A model generated the notes under the pieces. That model ran no database searches and had not been told where the DNA came from. It worked only from the letters and a program-made list of their open reading frames with translations. This document shows, piece by piece, positions 8,515 to 16,429 of a stretch of 46,249 bases of DNA. Numbering within the stretch: the stretch's first letter is position 1; each line of letters opens with the position of its first letter. The DNA comes from Candidatus Micrarchaeota archaeon (GTDB lineage: Archaea; Micrarchaeota; Micrarchaeia; Norongarragalinales; UBA8480): positions 1 through 46,249 of the forward strand of contig CAYMAH010000064.1 in NCBI GenBank assembly GCA_964388435.1, in the 5' to 3' direction. The translations under genes and the position numbers were made by a program.

Positions 8515-9291
8515 TAGCACTTGCATTAATTTTATTTTAGCTAGTTTTATGTATTTTTCGTCTATATCAAACCCAAGATATTTACAACCTATTTTTTTAG
8601 CAACCACGCATGTTGTACCAGAACCTAAGAACGGGTCTAAAACAACAGTGTTTTTATTATAACCTTGTAGTTTTATGCACATTTCCGGTAGTTTTTCAGG
8701 GAATATTGCAGGGTGTTCTTTTTCTTCTACTACTGTCTCGTATGGTATGTACCAAACGTTTCCCCTATCCCTTAAATCCTTTTTTACTGACTTCCATCTT
8801 TCAATGTTTGTCTTATCCACATAAGGAACGCCGATAGCGAGTTTATCCAATTCAACGTCTTTATTCTTTGTAAAATGAAAGATATACTCATGACAATTAT
8901 TTAAGAAACGATTGCTGTTCACAGGTTTGAAATGTCCCACGCTTATACGCTCTTCTGGTATTGAAATATGTTTTACCCAATGTATGGTATTTTGTATTCT
9001 TAAATTCTCATTATTTATTCTTTTAGCCACTTCAAACGCTTTTAGCTCGTCACTTGATTTATCTCCAATATTAAAAAATAAAGACCCTTTTTCTTTAAGC
9101 ACTCTTTTAGACGCTTTTCCAAATTCATCCATCCAATTCAGATAATCTTCAAAATTCATGTTGTCTTGATGTGAATTGTAGTTCACTCCAATATTGTAGG
9201 GCGGAGAGGTTATTATAATATCCACGCTTTCAGCTTCTAACTCATTCATTCCTTTAATACAATCCACTTGATAGATTTTATTTAATTGCAC
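8503..9291 (-). CDS. Beta-class site-specific DNA methyltransferase (probably N4-cytosine)
   Basis: IIITSPPYN (motif IV), HPAIFPEKL, VLDPFLGSGTT (motif I). Confidence 0.92.
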   Translation of the reverse strand: MQLNKIYQVDCIKGMNELEAESVDIIITSPPYNIGVNYNSHQDNMNFEDYLNWMDEFGKASKRVLKEKGSLFFNIGDKSSDELKAFEVAKRINNENLRIQNTIHWVKHISIPEERISVGHFKPVNSNRFLNNCHEYIFHFTKNKDVELDKLAIGVPYVDKTNIERWKSVKKDLRDRGNVWYIPYETVVEEKEHPAIFPEKLPEMCIKLQGYNKNTVVLDPFLGSGTTCVVAKKIGCKYLGFDIDEKYIKLAKIKLMQVLSDF

Positions 9292-9294
9292 GTT

Positions 9295-9480
9295 TCAAAC
9301 CGCCTTAGTTAAATCTTTCTTATATACTTTGACTACCACTTCCTTTCCTACAAATTCCTTTAATTGCGGTGCTCTTAAATTGATAGCACCATAATAGTAT
9401 TGTTTAGACGTTCCGTTGCTTAATTTTTTCTTGTCGGAGGTTGGATAGACTTTTACTTTATAAGTGGCTATTGTTTTCAT
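9295..9480 (-). CDS. Small basic protein, DUF2080/AbrB-like; candidate regulator of the MTase operon
   Basis: 61 aa, beta-rich (GAINLRAPQLKEFVGKEVVVKVY); 3 bp upstream of the MTase; TATA-like element about 25 bp upstream. Confidence 0.55.
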   Translation of the reverse strand: MKTIATYKVKVYPTSDKKKLSNGTSKQYYYGAINLRAPQLKEFVGKEVVVKVYKKDLTKAV

Positions 9481-9486
9481 ACTATT

Positions 9487-9576
9487 TTATTCTATACAGA
9501 TAAGTTAATAAACTCTTCTATATGGTTATTCTATACACGATGTTTGTATATCTTTACGTTCTTATTCTGTATAGAA
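9487..9576. promoter_or_regulatory. Repeated imperfect palindromic operators (TTCTRTAYAGAA-like) around a TATA box
   Basis: TTATTCTATACAGA 9487-9500, TTATTCTATACACG 9526-9539, TTCTGTATAGAA 9565-9576, partial TTCTATATG 9516-9524; minus-strand TTTATTAA at 9505-9512. Confidence 0.6.
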
Positions 9577-10010
9577 CAATGTTATATTTAAGGTGGTAAA
9601 AAAATGGAAGAAAAAGAATACCTGAAGCAAGCATTTTATTGAATAAGAGAACGCCTGAAAGGTTGAATGAAACAACCTACATTTTAAATCCTTTAGGTTT
9701 TTGGTTTTGTCCTAACCTTGGGGCTTTTCAATATTCGCCACCTCGCTTGTCTCACTCGGGACTTTTAAAGCGTTCATTAAAACGTTTTCCCGCCTATTAC
9801 CGTTCACACCAACCCCACATCTTTCGGCAGGGGGAAATACGGAGCTATCGTAATAAGCAGCCAAAAACTCTTAGACTACATAGGAAAAATAGAAGAAAAA
9901 AATAATAAAACATAAACTATCTGTATTTATTTATAAAGCTAGCGAAAACCTTAAATTAAGGGTTGTTTCATATCTTATCAACCAAAGTTTAGTTTAAATT
10001 GGTGATTTTC

Positions 10011-10241
10011 ATGAGTGACACAACAATTATTGATATTGATTTAGCTTGCGATATAAAAAATGATATTATTTTAAATTCAGATGTTATAGTTCCAGATATT
10101 GCTCTAAAAGATAAAATACTTAAAACAGATAATAATCTTTTAATGAGAGTTGTTAAAGTAATAGGCTCAAAAAAACGGATAATATCTGCAGATGTAGTAG
10201 ACCTACTTTATTTAGACAATAATCTAATTTCTAAAAAATAG
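10011..10241 (+). CDS. Hypothetical protein (possible partner or antitoxin of the downstream PIN-like protein)
   Basis: GGTGA RBS before ATG 10011; its stop overlaps the start of the next ORF. Confidence 0.5.
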   Translation: MSDTTIIDIDLACDIKNDIILNSDVIVPDIALKDKILKTDNNLLMRVVKVIGSKKRIISADVVDLLYLDNNLISKK

Positions 10242-10726
10242 TGTTTAAAATGCCTAAAGTTAAATTTTCATTTAGGTTTATTATTGATAGACACTTCTTT
10301 GATGATGCTATAAAAAATGAAAATAATAGAAGTAAAATTTTTCAAGATTTAATGTATATTTCTAGTTATTCAGCAGAATTTAATAGAGAGCATAATCTTA
10401 TGTCTGAAAAGATAAGAAATGATATTATATCAAAAAATCCAAAGGTAGGTGAAGAGTATATAAAAAAAGCTTTCAACAAAGTTAATGAACCTTCTAGCAT
10501 AGAATGTATAGAAGATGAATTAACAAGAAATATAAAATATGCAATATATTATGTTAATCCTTCTCCTGAAAAAATAACACAAATATGTATTTTAACTTCT
10601 GATGAAATGAAAGATAAATATTTAGAAAGTGAACACTTAGGAGGTATACAAAATGTTATTGTTAAATCCGGAGACGAAGCTTTTGAACTTTTAGAAAAAT
10701 TTAAAAATTTAGCTTGGTCAAGATAA
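10241..10726 (+). CDS. Divergent PIN-domain-like protein
   Basis: N-terminal FIIDRHFF, C-terminal ICILTSD and VIVKSGDEAFELL echo PIN-fold motifs. Confidence 0.5.
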   Translation: MFKMPKVKFSFRFIIDRHFFDDAIKNENNRSKIFQDLMYISSYSAEFNREHNLMSEKIRNDIISKNPKVGEEYIKKAFNKVNEPSSIECIEDELTRNIKYAIYYVNPSPEKITQICILTSDEMKDKYLESEHLGGIQNVIVKSGDEAFELLEKFKNLAWSR

Positions 10727-10858
10727 AAATTAATACCTAACCTTCTTTCTCTTATTAAAATCACTTAAATTATGCTAATTTATTTTCATTATCAAAGTCC
10801 CGTTTGCGACAGGATTATTCAAGTCCCGAGAACAAGACAAAACCTCGGTTTTTATTAT

Positions 10859-10909
10859 AGGCGCCTTATGCGACAGGGGTTTAAAAGCACGGAATTTATT
10901 GACAGAACC
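10859..10909 (-). repeat. Right terminal inverted repeat, including a dif-like site at 10849-10876
   Basis: Reverse complement GGTTCTGTCAATAAATTCCGTGCTTTTAAACCCCTGTCGCATAAGGCGCCT; 2 mismatches to the left TIR. Confidence 0.9.
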
Positions 10910-10915
10910 AAAAAA

Positions 10916-10987
10916 CGAAACATTTATAAATTACTGCGTATAGTATTTTTAGTTTTTATTTTCAATTAAAAATACTATTAGTAGTGG
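10916..10987 (+). promoter_or_regulatory. Archaeal BRE/TATA promoter with tandem NrdR boxes
   Basis: CGAAAC then TTTATAAA (10923-10930); TTACTGCGTATAGTAT (10931-10946) and ATACTATTAGTAGTGG (10972-10987) resemble acaCwAtATaTwGtgt and start 41 bp apart. Confidence 0.6.
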
Positions 10988-10992
10988 TTTGA

Positions 10993-11442
10993 ATGAAGTG
11001 CGTTTATTGCGGTTCCGACGAGACAAGCGTTTTGGATTCTAGGGAAACCGAAGATCTTCTCGCGGTTAGAAGAAGGAGGGAGTGCGGCAAATGCAAGAAA
11101 AGATTCACCACTTACGAGAGGGTTGATTTCGAGGATTTAATGGTGATAAAAAAAGACGGGAGGAGGGAGAAGTTCTCTCAGGAAAAGCTCAAAAACGGTA
11201 TTGTCAAGGCGTGTGAAAAAAGGGATGTTTCGATTGAAAAAATAGACGAGATAGTGAGAAATATTGAAAGTGATTTGAGAAAGGATGATTTGACCGAGGT
11301 GTCAAGCAAGAAGGTTGGGGATATGGTTTCAAGCGCGTTGAAGGGGTTGGACAAGGTTGCTTACATTCGCTTCGCATCGGTTTACAAAGAATTTGATGAT
11401 ATTGCAGAGTTTAAAAAGGAGATTGAAAAACTCAAAAGCTGA
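10993..11442 (+). CDS. nrdR: Transcriptional repressor NrdR
   Basis: MKCVYCG...VLDSR...RRRRECGKCKKRFTTYE zinc ribbon, ATP cone, DKVAYIRFASVY. Confidence 0.96.
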   Translation: MKCVYCGSDETSVLDSRETEDLLAVRRRRECGKCKKRFTTYERVDFEDLMVIKKDGRREKFSQEKLKNGIVKACEKRDVSIEKIDEIVRNIESDLRKDDLTEVSSKKVGDMVSSALKGLDKVAYIRFASVYKEFDDIAEFKKEIEKLKS

Positions 11443-11454
11443 GGTGGTGGTAAG

Positions 11455-14154
11455 ATGGAATTGGTAAAACAAGAGCAAAAGGAGAGGACTGGAATGTTTT
11501 CGCATTTCTTTTCAAAGAAAAATGTTCACCCGTACGATGAGGTTAATTGGACTTTAAGAAAAGCAGTTATAGAAGGAAGCGACGGGAAGAAAGTATTCGA
11601 GCAAAACAATGTTGAAGTGCCTGATTTTTGGAGTGAAAACGCCACTAATATTCTTGCGTCAAAATACTTTAGGGGAATCTTAAACTCGCCTGAAAGAGAA
11701 AAAAGCCTGAAACAGGTAATAGACAGGATTGTAAACGCCATAACCGCGTGGGGATTAAAAGATGATTATTTTGATTTTGAAGAAAGCGAAATATTCAAAA
11801 AAGAGTTGACTTTTCTTCTTCTCAATCAGTACGCTGCTTTCAACTCGCCGGTTTATTTTAACGTTGGTTTTGAGCAGAATCCTCAGTGCTCAGCTTGTTT
11901 TATACTTTCTGTTGATGATGACATACATTCAATTCTGGAATTGGTTAAAAACGAGGCGATGATATTCAAATATGGAAGCGGGAGTGGAGTAAACCTTTCA
12001 AAACTCAGGTCGTCAAGAGAACATTTAACAGGAGGTGGGTGGTCAAGCGGGCCTGTTTCGTTCATGAAACCAATGGATTCAATGGCAGGAGTGATAAGAA
12101 GCGGAGGAAAGACAAGGAGGGCTGCTAAAATGGTGATTCTTAATATAGACCATCCAGATATTGAAGATTTTGTAAAAAGTAAAGTGTTGGAAGAAAAAAA
12201 AGCATTGGCGCTTATAAACGCGGGTTATGACAGTTCAATGGACGGAGAGGCGTACTCAAGTGTGTATTTTCAAAACGCAAACAACAGTGTTAGAGTTACG
12301 GATGATTTTATGCGAAGCGTTGAAGAAAATAGAGAGTGGAGCACAAGATTCGTAAAAACAGGGGAGGTTTTCAAAACATATAAAGCTGCGGAGTTGATGA
12401 GAATGATAGCAGAAGCTGCACATGACTGCGGGGATCCAGGGCTTCAATTCGATACGACTATAAATGAGTGGAATACCTGCAATCAAAGCGGGAAGATAAA
12501 CGCTTCAAATCCTTGCAGCGAGTTTATGTTCTTGGATAACACTTCTTGCAATCTTGCTTCGCTAAACCTTATTAAATTTTTAAAAGATGATTACTTTGAC
12601 ATTGAAAGCTTCAAAAACGCTGTAAAAATAGTTCTGATGTCACAGGAGATAATAGTGGACAACGCTTCTTACCCTACAAAAGAAATGACCGATAACTCTA
12701 GGAAGTTCAGGCCTCTTGGGATTGGATACTCTAACGCGGGAGGGCTTCTTATGAGTTTGGGGATTCCGTACGACAGCAACGAGGGAAGAAACTACCTTGC
12801 TGCAATAACCGCTTTAATGACGGGGTATTCTTACCTGGTTTCATCCAAAATAGCCGAGAGGAAAACTCCATTCTCAGAGTACGAGAAGAACAAAGAGCCT
12901 TTTACTCAAGTTATAAGAAAGCATTTAGAACACGCCAAAAAACTGAAAAGCAGTGGTTTTGACGAAAAGCTTTTCCAAGCTGCTTTTAATGTTTGGAATG
13001 AAGCCTATCAGTCAGGATTGAAAAACGGGTTCAGAAACGCTCAAGTTTCGCTTTTAGCTCCAACCGGAACTATAAGTTTTTTGATGGACTGTCAAACCAC
13101 CGGAATAGAACCTGAAATAGCATTGGTGAAATACAAATGGCTGGTTGGAGGGGGAGTTATGAAAACAGTAAATGAAATGGTGCCTCAAGCGCTTGAAAAG
13201 CTAGGTTATTCAAAAAGCGAAATAGAAAAAATAATCGATTACTTAAAAGAAAAAGGGACGATAGAAGGAGCGCGGTATCTAAAGTCAGAGCACCTTCCCG
13301 TGTTTGACTGTGCTTTCAAAGCGCAAAATGGTAAGAGGAGCATCCACTGGTCAGGGCATGTCAAAATGTTGGCTGCAATTCAGCCGTTCCTAAGTGGTTC
13401 AATTTCAAAAACTGTAAACATGGATAATGATTCAACAGTTGATGATGTAATGGACGTTTACATGAGTGCTTGGAGGCTTGGGTTAAAATCAATTGCAATA
13501 TACCGCGACGGGTCGAAATCCCTCCAACCGTTGACAACGACAATTAAAACGCAGACAAAAAGAAGAAAACTTGGCGAGGAAAGAAATTCAATAACCCACA
13601 AATTCACCATCTCAGGGCATGAAGGGTATTTAACAATAGGGTTGTACGAAGATGGAACCCCTGGAGAACTGTTTGTAACAATGTCAAGACAGGGAAGCAC
13701 TATTGCCGGGTTGATGGATTCGTTTGCAGTTAATTTTTCAATAGCCCTACAACACGGCGTGCCATTAAAAACCCTTGTAAGCAAGATGATCTTCACCCGT
13801 TTCGAGCCTGCCGGAATAACAAACAACAAAAATATTCGCTTCTCCACAAGCATCATAGATTATATTGGAAGGTGGCTTGCATTAAAGTTTTTGACAGATG
13901 AGGAGCTTGAAGAGATAGGAGTGAAGGAGCGCGGTGAGCAGAAAACGCTTGATGAAAAAGCGGCGAAGATAGACGAAAACCAGGTAAAAATAACACGGGC
14001 GCCATTAAGCTCGCCAGAAACTCAAAAAGAAAAAACAAGTGGTTTTGTAAACCAGCTTGACGCTCCGCTCTGCCCGAACTGCGGAATGGTCATGGTAAGA
14101 AACGGCGCGTGTTATAAATGCCTTAATTGTGGGGCGACCAGCGGCTGTTCTTGA
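11455..14154 (+). CDS. nrdJ: Class II (adenosylcobalamin-dependent) ribonucleotide reductase with C-terminal TSCPD and Zn-ribbon region
   Basis: FNSPVYFN, QCSACFI, GGKTRRAAKM, ASNPCSEF, APTGTIS, IYRDGSK, CPNCG...CLNCGATSGCS. Confidence 0.93.
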   Translation: MELVKQEQKERTGMFSHFFSKKNVHPYDEVNWTLRKAVIEGSDGKKVFEQNNVEVPDFWSENATNILASKYFRGILNSPEREKSLKQVIDRIVNAITAWGLKDDYFDFEESEIFKKELTFLLLNQYAAFNSPVYFNVGFEQNPQCSACFILSVDDDIHSILELVKNEAMIFKYGSGSGVNLSKLRSSREHLTGGGWSSGPVSFMKPMDSMAGVIRSGGKTRRAAKMVILNIDHPDIEDFVKSKVLEEKKALALINAGYDSSMDGEAYSSVYFQNANNSVRVTDDFMRSVEENREWSTRFVKTGEVFKTYKAAELMRMIAEAAHDCGDPGLQFDTTINEWNTCNQSGKINASNPCSEFMFLDNTSCNLASLNLIKFLKDDYFDIESFKNAVKIVLMSQEIIVDNASYPTKEMTDNSRKFRPLGIGYSNAGGLLMSLGIPYDSNEGRNYLAAITALMTGYSYLVSSKIAERKTPFSEYEKNKEPFTQVIRKHLEHAKKLKSSGFDEKLFQAAFNVWNEAYQSGLKNGFRNAQVSLLAPTGTISFLMDCQTTGIEPEIALVKYKWLVGGGVMKTVNEMVPQALEKLGYSKSEIEKIIDYLKEKGTIEGARYLKSEHLPVFDCAFKAQNGKRSIHWSGHVKMLAAIQPFLSGSISKTVNMDNDSTVDDVMDVYMSAWRLGLKSIAIYRDGSKSLQPLTTTIKTQTKRRKLGEERNSITHKFTISGHEGYLTIGLYEDGTPGELFVTMSRQGSTIAGLMDSFAVNFSIALQHGVPLKTLVSKMIFTRFEPAGITNNKNIRFSTSIIDYIGRWLALKFLTDEELEEIGVKERGEQKTLDEKAAKIDENQVKITRAPLSSPETQKEKTSGFVNQLDAPLCPNCGMVMVRNGACYKCLNCGATSGCS

Positions 14155-14164
14155 ATTTCAAAAA

Positions 14165-16192
14165 CTACATTTCGCAAACGGTTGAAGAGCACCCGCCTGC
14201 GAACTCGCTATCAACAACAGTTTCATCGCCAAAACTTAAAACCTGGTTCTTTTTACTTCCATATCTATACACTGTTATCCCCTTGCATTTGAGTTGGTAA
14301 GCCAAAAGAAATATTTTTTTAACATCCTCAACGCTAGCGGTTTCAGGAAGATTGCAGGTTTTGGAAACCGCGTTGTCCACGTGCTTTTGAAAAGCGGCCT
14401 GAATCTTAACATGCCATTCAGGGGAAATGTCAAGGGCTGTTCTGAAAATTTTTTTAACATCTGCCGGAACCTCTTTCAAGCTTTGCACGCTTCCGGTCTT
14501 AGTGATTTTAATCATAAGCTCTTCAGAGTAAAAACCCCTTTCTTTTGCGATTCTCTCAAAATCCTTGTTGACCTCGACAAGCCTTGTTCCCTCCATAACG
14601 TTTCTTACAAACGCAACCGCAAACAATGGCTCGATTCCGCTCGAACAGCCTGAAATGATGCTTATTGTACCGGTCGGCGCTATGGTTGTGACAGTGGAGT
14701 TTCTCATTTGCTTTTTGTAAACGCTTTTCTTGATGTTTGGAAAGCTTCCCTTCTGTTTTGCGATCTCCTCGGATTTCTTTCTTCCCTCAACTGATATAAA
14801 TTTCATTATTTTTTCTGCCATTCTCAACGCTTCGTCAGAGTCGTAGGGGATTCCTAGCTTTACAAGAAGGTCCGCAAAACCCATGACTCCCAACCCTATT
14901 TTTCTGTTTCCTTTTGTCATTTGCTTTATTTCTTTTAAAGGAAATTTTGTCTTGTCAATGACATTGTCAAGAAATTTAACGGATTTTATTGTAACTTCTT
15001 TTAATTTTTTCCAGTCTATCCCGTTGTTTTTCACAAGTTTTGAAAGGTTGATGGAGCCTAGATTACACGATTCGTATGCAAGCAACGGTTGCTCGCTACA
15101 GGGGTTGGTCGCTTCGAACATTCCCTCGTTTGGAGTTGGGTTGTACTTGTTCATCTGGTCAATAAAAATAATTCCAGGGTCTCCCGTTTTCCAAGCGTTA
15201 AATGCTATAAGGTCTAAAATCTTCTGCGCGCTTACTTTCTTTACCGCAAATCCGGTTCTCCGGTTTATAAGTTCGATCGTATTATTGTTTTTCAATTTTT
15301 TCATAAACTCTTCTGTTATGGCAACAGAAATGTTAAAGTTTGAAATGCTTTTACCGTCTTCCTTGCATTTTATGAACTCTTCAATATCTGGATGATTCAC
15401 GTTTAAAATTCCCATGTTAGCCCCGCGTCGTCTGCCTCCTTGTTTTATCGCGCCAGTGGCAGCGTCGAAAACATTCATGAAAGAAACAGGCCCTGAAGCA
15501 ATCCCTCCTGTGGATCTCACAATGTCGTTTTTTGGTCTTAATTTTGAAAATGAAAAGCCGGTTCCACCCCCTGTTTGGTGAATTAGGGCTGCGTTTTTGA
15601 CGGACTCGAAAATGCTCTCAAGCGAGTCCTCAATTGGAAGTACAAAGCAAGCGCTTAACTGTCCGAAACTTGTTCCAGCGTTCATTAGCGTTGGGCTGTT
15701 TGGAATGAAAATAAAGTTTACCATCAACTCGTAAAATTCTCTTTCTTCATTTTTATTCTCGGCAATCGTTTTGGCGATTCTCCTAAACATCTGCTTTGGA
15801 GTTTCTATGACTTTGCCTTCTTCGTTTTTTATCAGATATCTTTTATTCAAAACAATGGTTGCGTTAAGCTCAAGCTTTAGATCATCTACAAGTTCAAGCG
15901 ATTTTTTCAATTCTCTTAGTTCTTTTCTTTTTTCTCTGAACAAGATAAACTCTTTTGCGATGCCGCCAAGCTGGTTTTCCATCAGGGTTTTTTCAATCAA
16001 ATCTTGAATCTCTTCAATGCTTACAATCCTTTTCTTTATTTTCTCCTTTACTTTCTTTGCGATTCTTTCGGCCTTGCCCCAATCGTCAACGCCTGCATCC
16101 AAACCTGCTTTATAAACCGCGTTGACTATCCGCTGCAAGTCAAATCTCACGACTTCTTCTGTTCTTTTCCTTACTTTTATTCTAGTTTTCAC
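14165..16192 (-). CDS. nrdJ: Second class II ribonucleotide reductase with N-terminal ATP cone
   Basis: ATP cone (VRKRTEEVVRFD), PNSPTLMNAG, QLSACFVL, QGGRRRGANM, ATNPCSEQPL, APTGTIS, C-terminal GCSSTVC. Confidence 0.92.
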   Translation of the reverse strand: MKTRIKVRKRTEEVVRFDLQRIVNAVYKAGLDAGVDDWGKAERIAKKVKEKIKKRIVSIEEIQDLIEKTLMENQLGGIAKEFILFREKRKELRELKKSLELVDDLKLELNATIVLNKRYLIKNEEGKVIETPKQMFRRIAKTIAENKNEEREFYELMVNFIFIPNSPTLMNAGTSFGQLSACFVLPIEDSLESIFESVKNAALIHQTGGGTGFSFSKLRPKNDIVRSTGGIASGPVSFMNVFDAATGAIKQGGRRRGANMGILNVNHPDIEEFIKCKEDGKSISNFNISVAITEEFMKKLKNNNTIELINRRTGFAVKKVSAQKILDLIAFNAWKTGDPGIIFIDQMNKYNPTPNEGMFEATNPCSEQPLLAYESCNLGSINLSKLVKNNGIDWKKLKEVTIKSVKFLDNVIDKTKFPLKEIKQMTKGNRKIGLGVMGFADLLVKLGIPYDSDEALRMAEKIMKFISVEGRKKSEEIAKQKGSFPNIKKSVYKKQMRNSTVTTIAPTGTISIISGCSSGIEPLFAVAFVRNVMEGTRLVEVNKDFERIAKERGFYSEELMIKITKTGSVQSLKEVPADVKKIFRTALDISPEWHVKIQAAFQKHVDNAVSKTCNLPETASVEDVKKIFLLAYQLKCKGITVYRYGSKKNQVLSFGDETVVDSEFAGGCSSTVCEM

Positions 16193-16283
16193 TGCGAAAA
16201 TCTTTTATTTTAATCCCCTTTAAATCCTTTTCTACAATGCCATGGAAAGACTTAAATCTTTTCTTCAACCCAATTCACAAAAA

Positions 16284-16358
16284 GGGCCTGTAGCTTAGCC
16301 TGGTTGGAGCATCCGACTGATAATCGGAAGGTCAAGGGTTCAAATCCCTTCAGGCCCA
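16284..16358 (+). tRNA. tRNA-Ile(GAT)
   Basis: GGGCCTG acceptor stem, anticodon arm TCCGA-CTGATAA-TCGGA, GGTTCAAATCC T-loop. Confidence 0.96.
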
Positions 16359-16429
16359 CTTGTAATTTTTAGATATTCTAATGTTCGTTGTTTAAGGTGG
16401 ATGATTTCATTTTATTGCATTCACAACGA

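Larger units (their letters stand above)
7938..10909. mobile_element. Non-autonomous TIR element (IS6-like ends) carrying R-M and PIN-like cargo
   Basis: 51-bp terminal inverted repeats (49/51 identical) starting GGTTCTGTC; 8-bp direct repeat AAAAAACG at 7930-7937 and 10910-10917; no transposase inside. Confidence 0.85.

Noticed and set aside
9604-9690. TGA read-through or alternative genetic code
   Set aside because: Many conserved genes in the window (nrdR, nrdJ, htpX, serS, nac) end at TGA at the expected position.
9639-9905. 88-aa ORF inside the element
   Set aside because: TTG start without an RBS, atypical composition and no motifs; more likely non-coding.
10730-10815. Integron attC site (ACCTAAC ... 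GTTTGCG)
   Set aside because: The R'' and R' boxes are not complementary, the intervening sequence forms no attC hairpin, and no intI is present.
10772-10969. 65-aa ORF
   Set aside because: It spans the right TIR, the TSD and the nrdR promoter; a chance ORF.
14883-15395. Long antisense ORFs (this one and e.g. 23824-24354, 26351-26830, 30376-30879)
   Set aside because: They are shadows of well-supported genes on the opposite strand.
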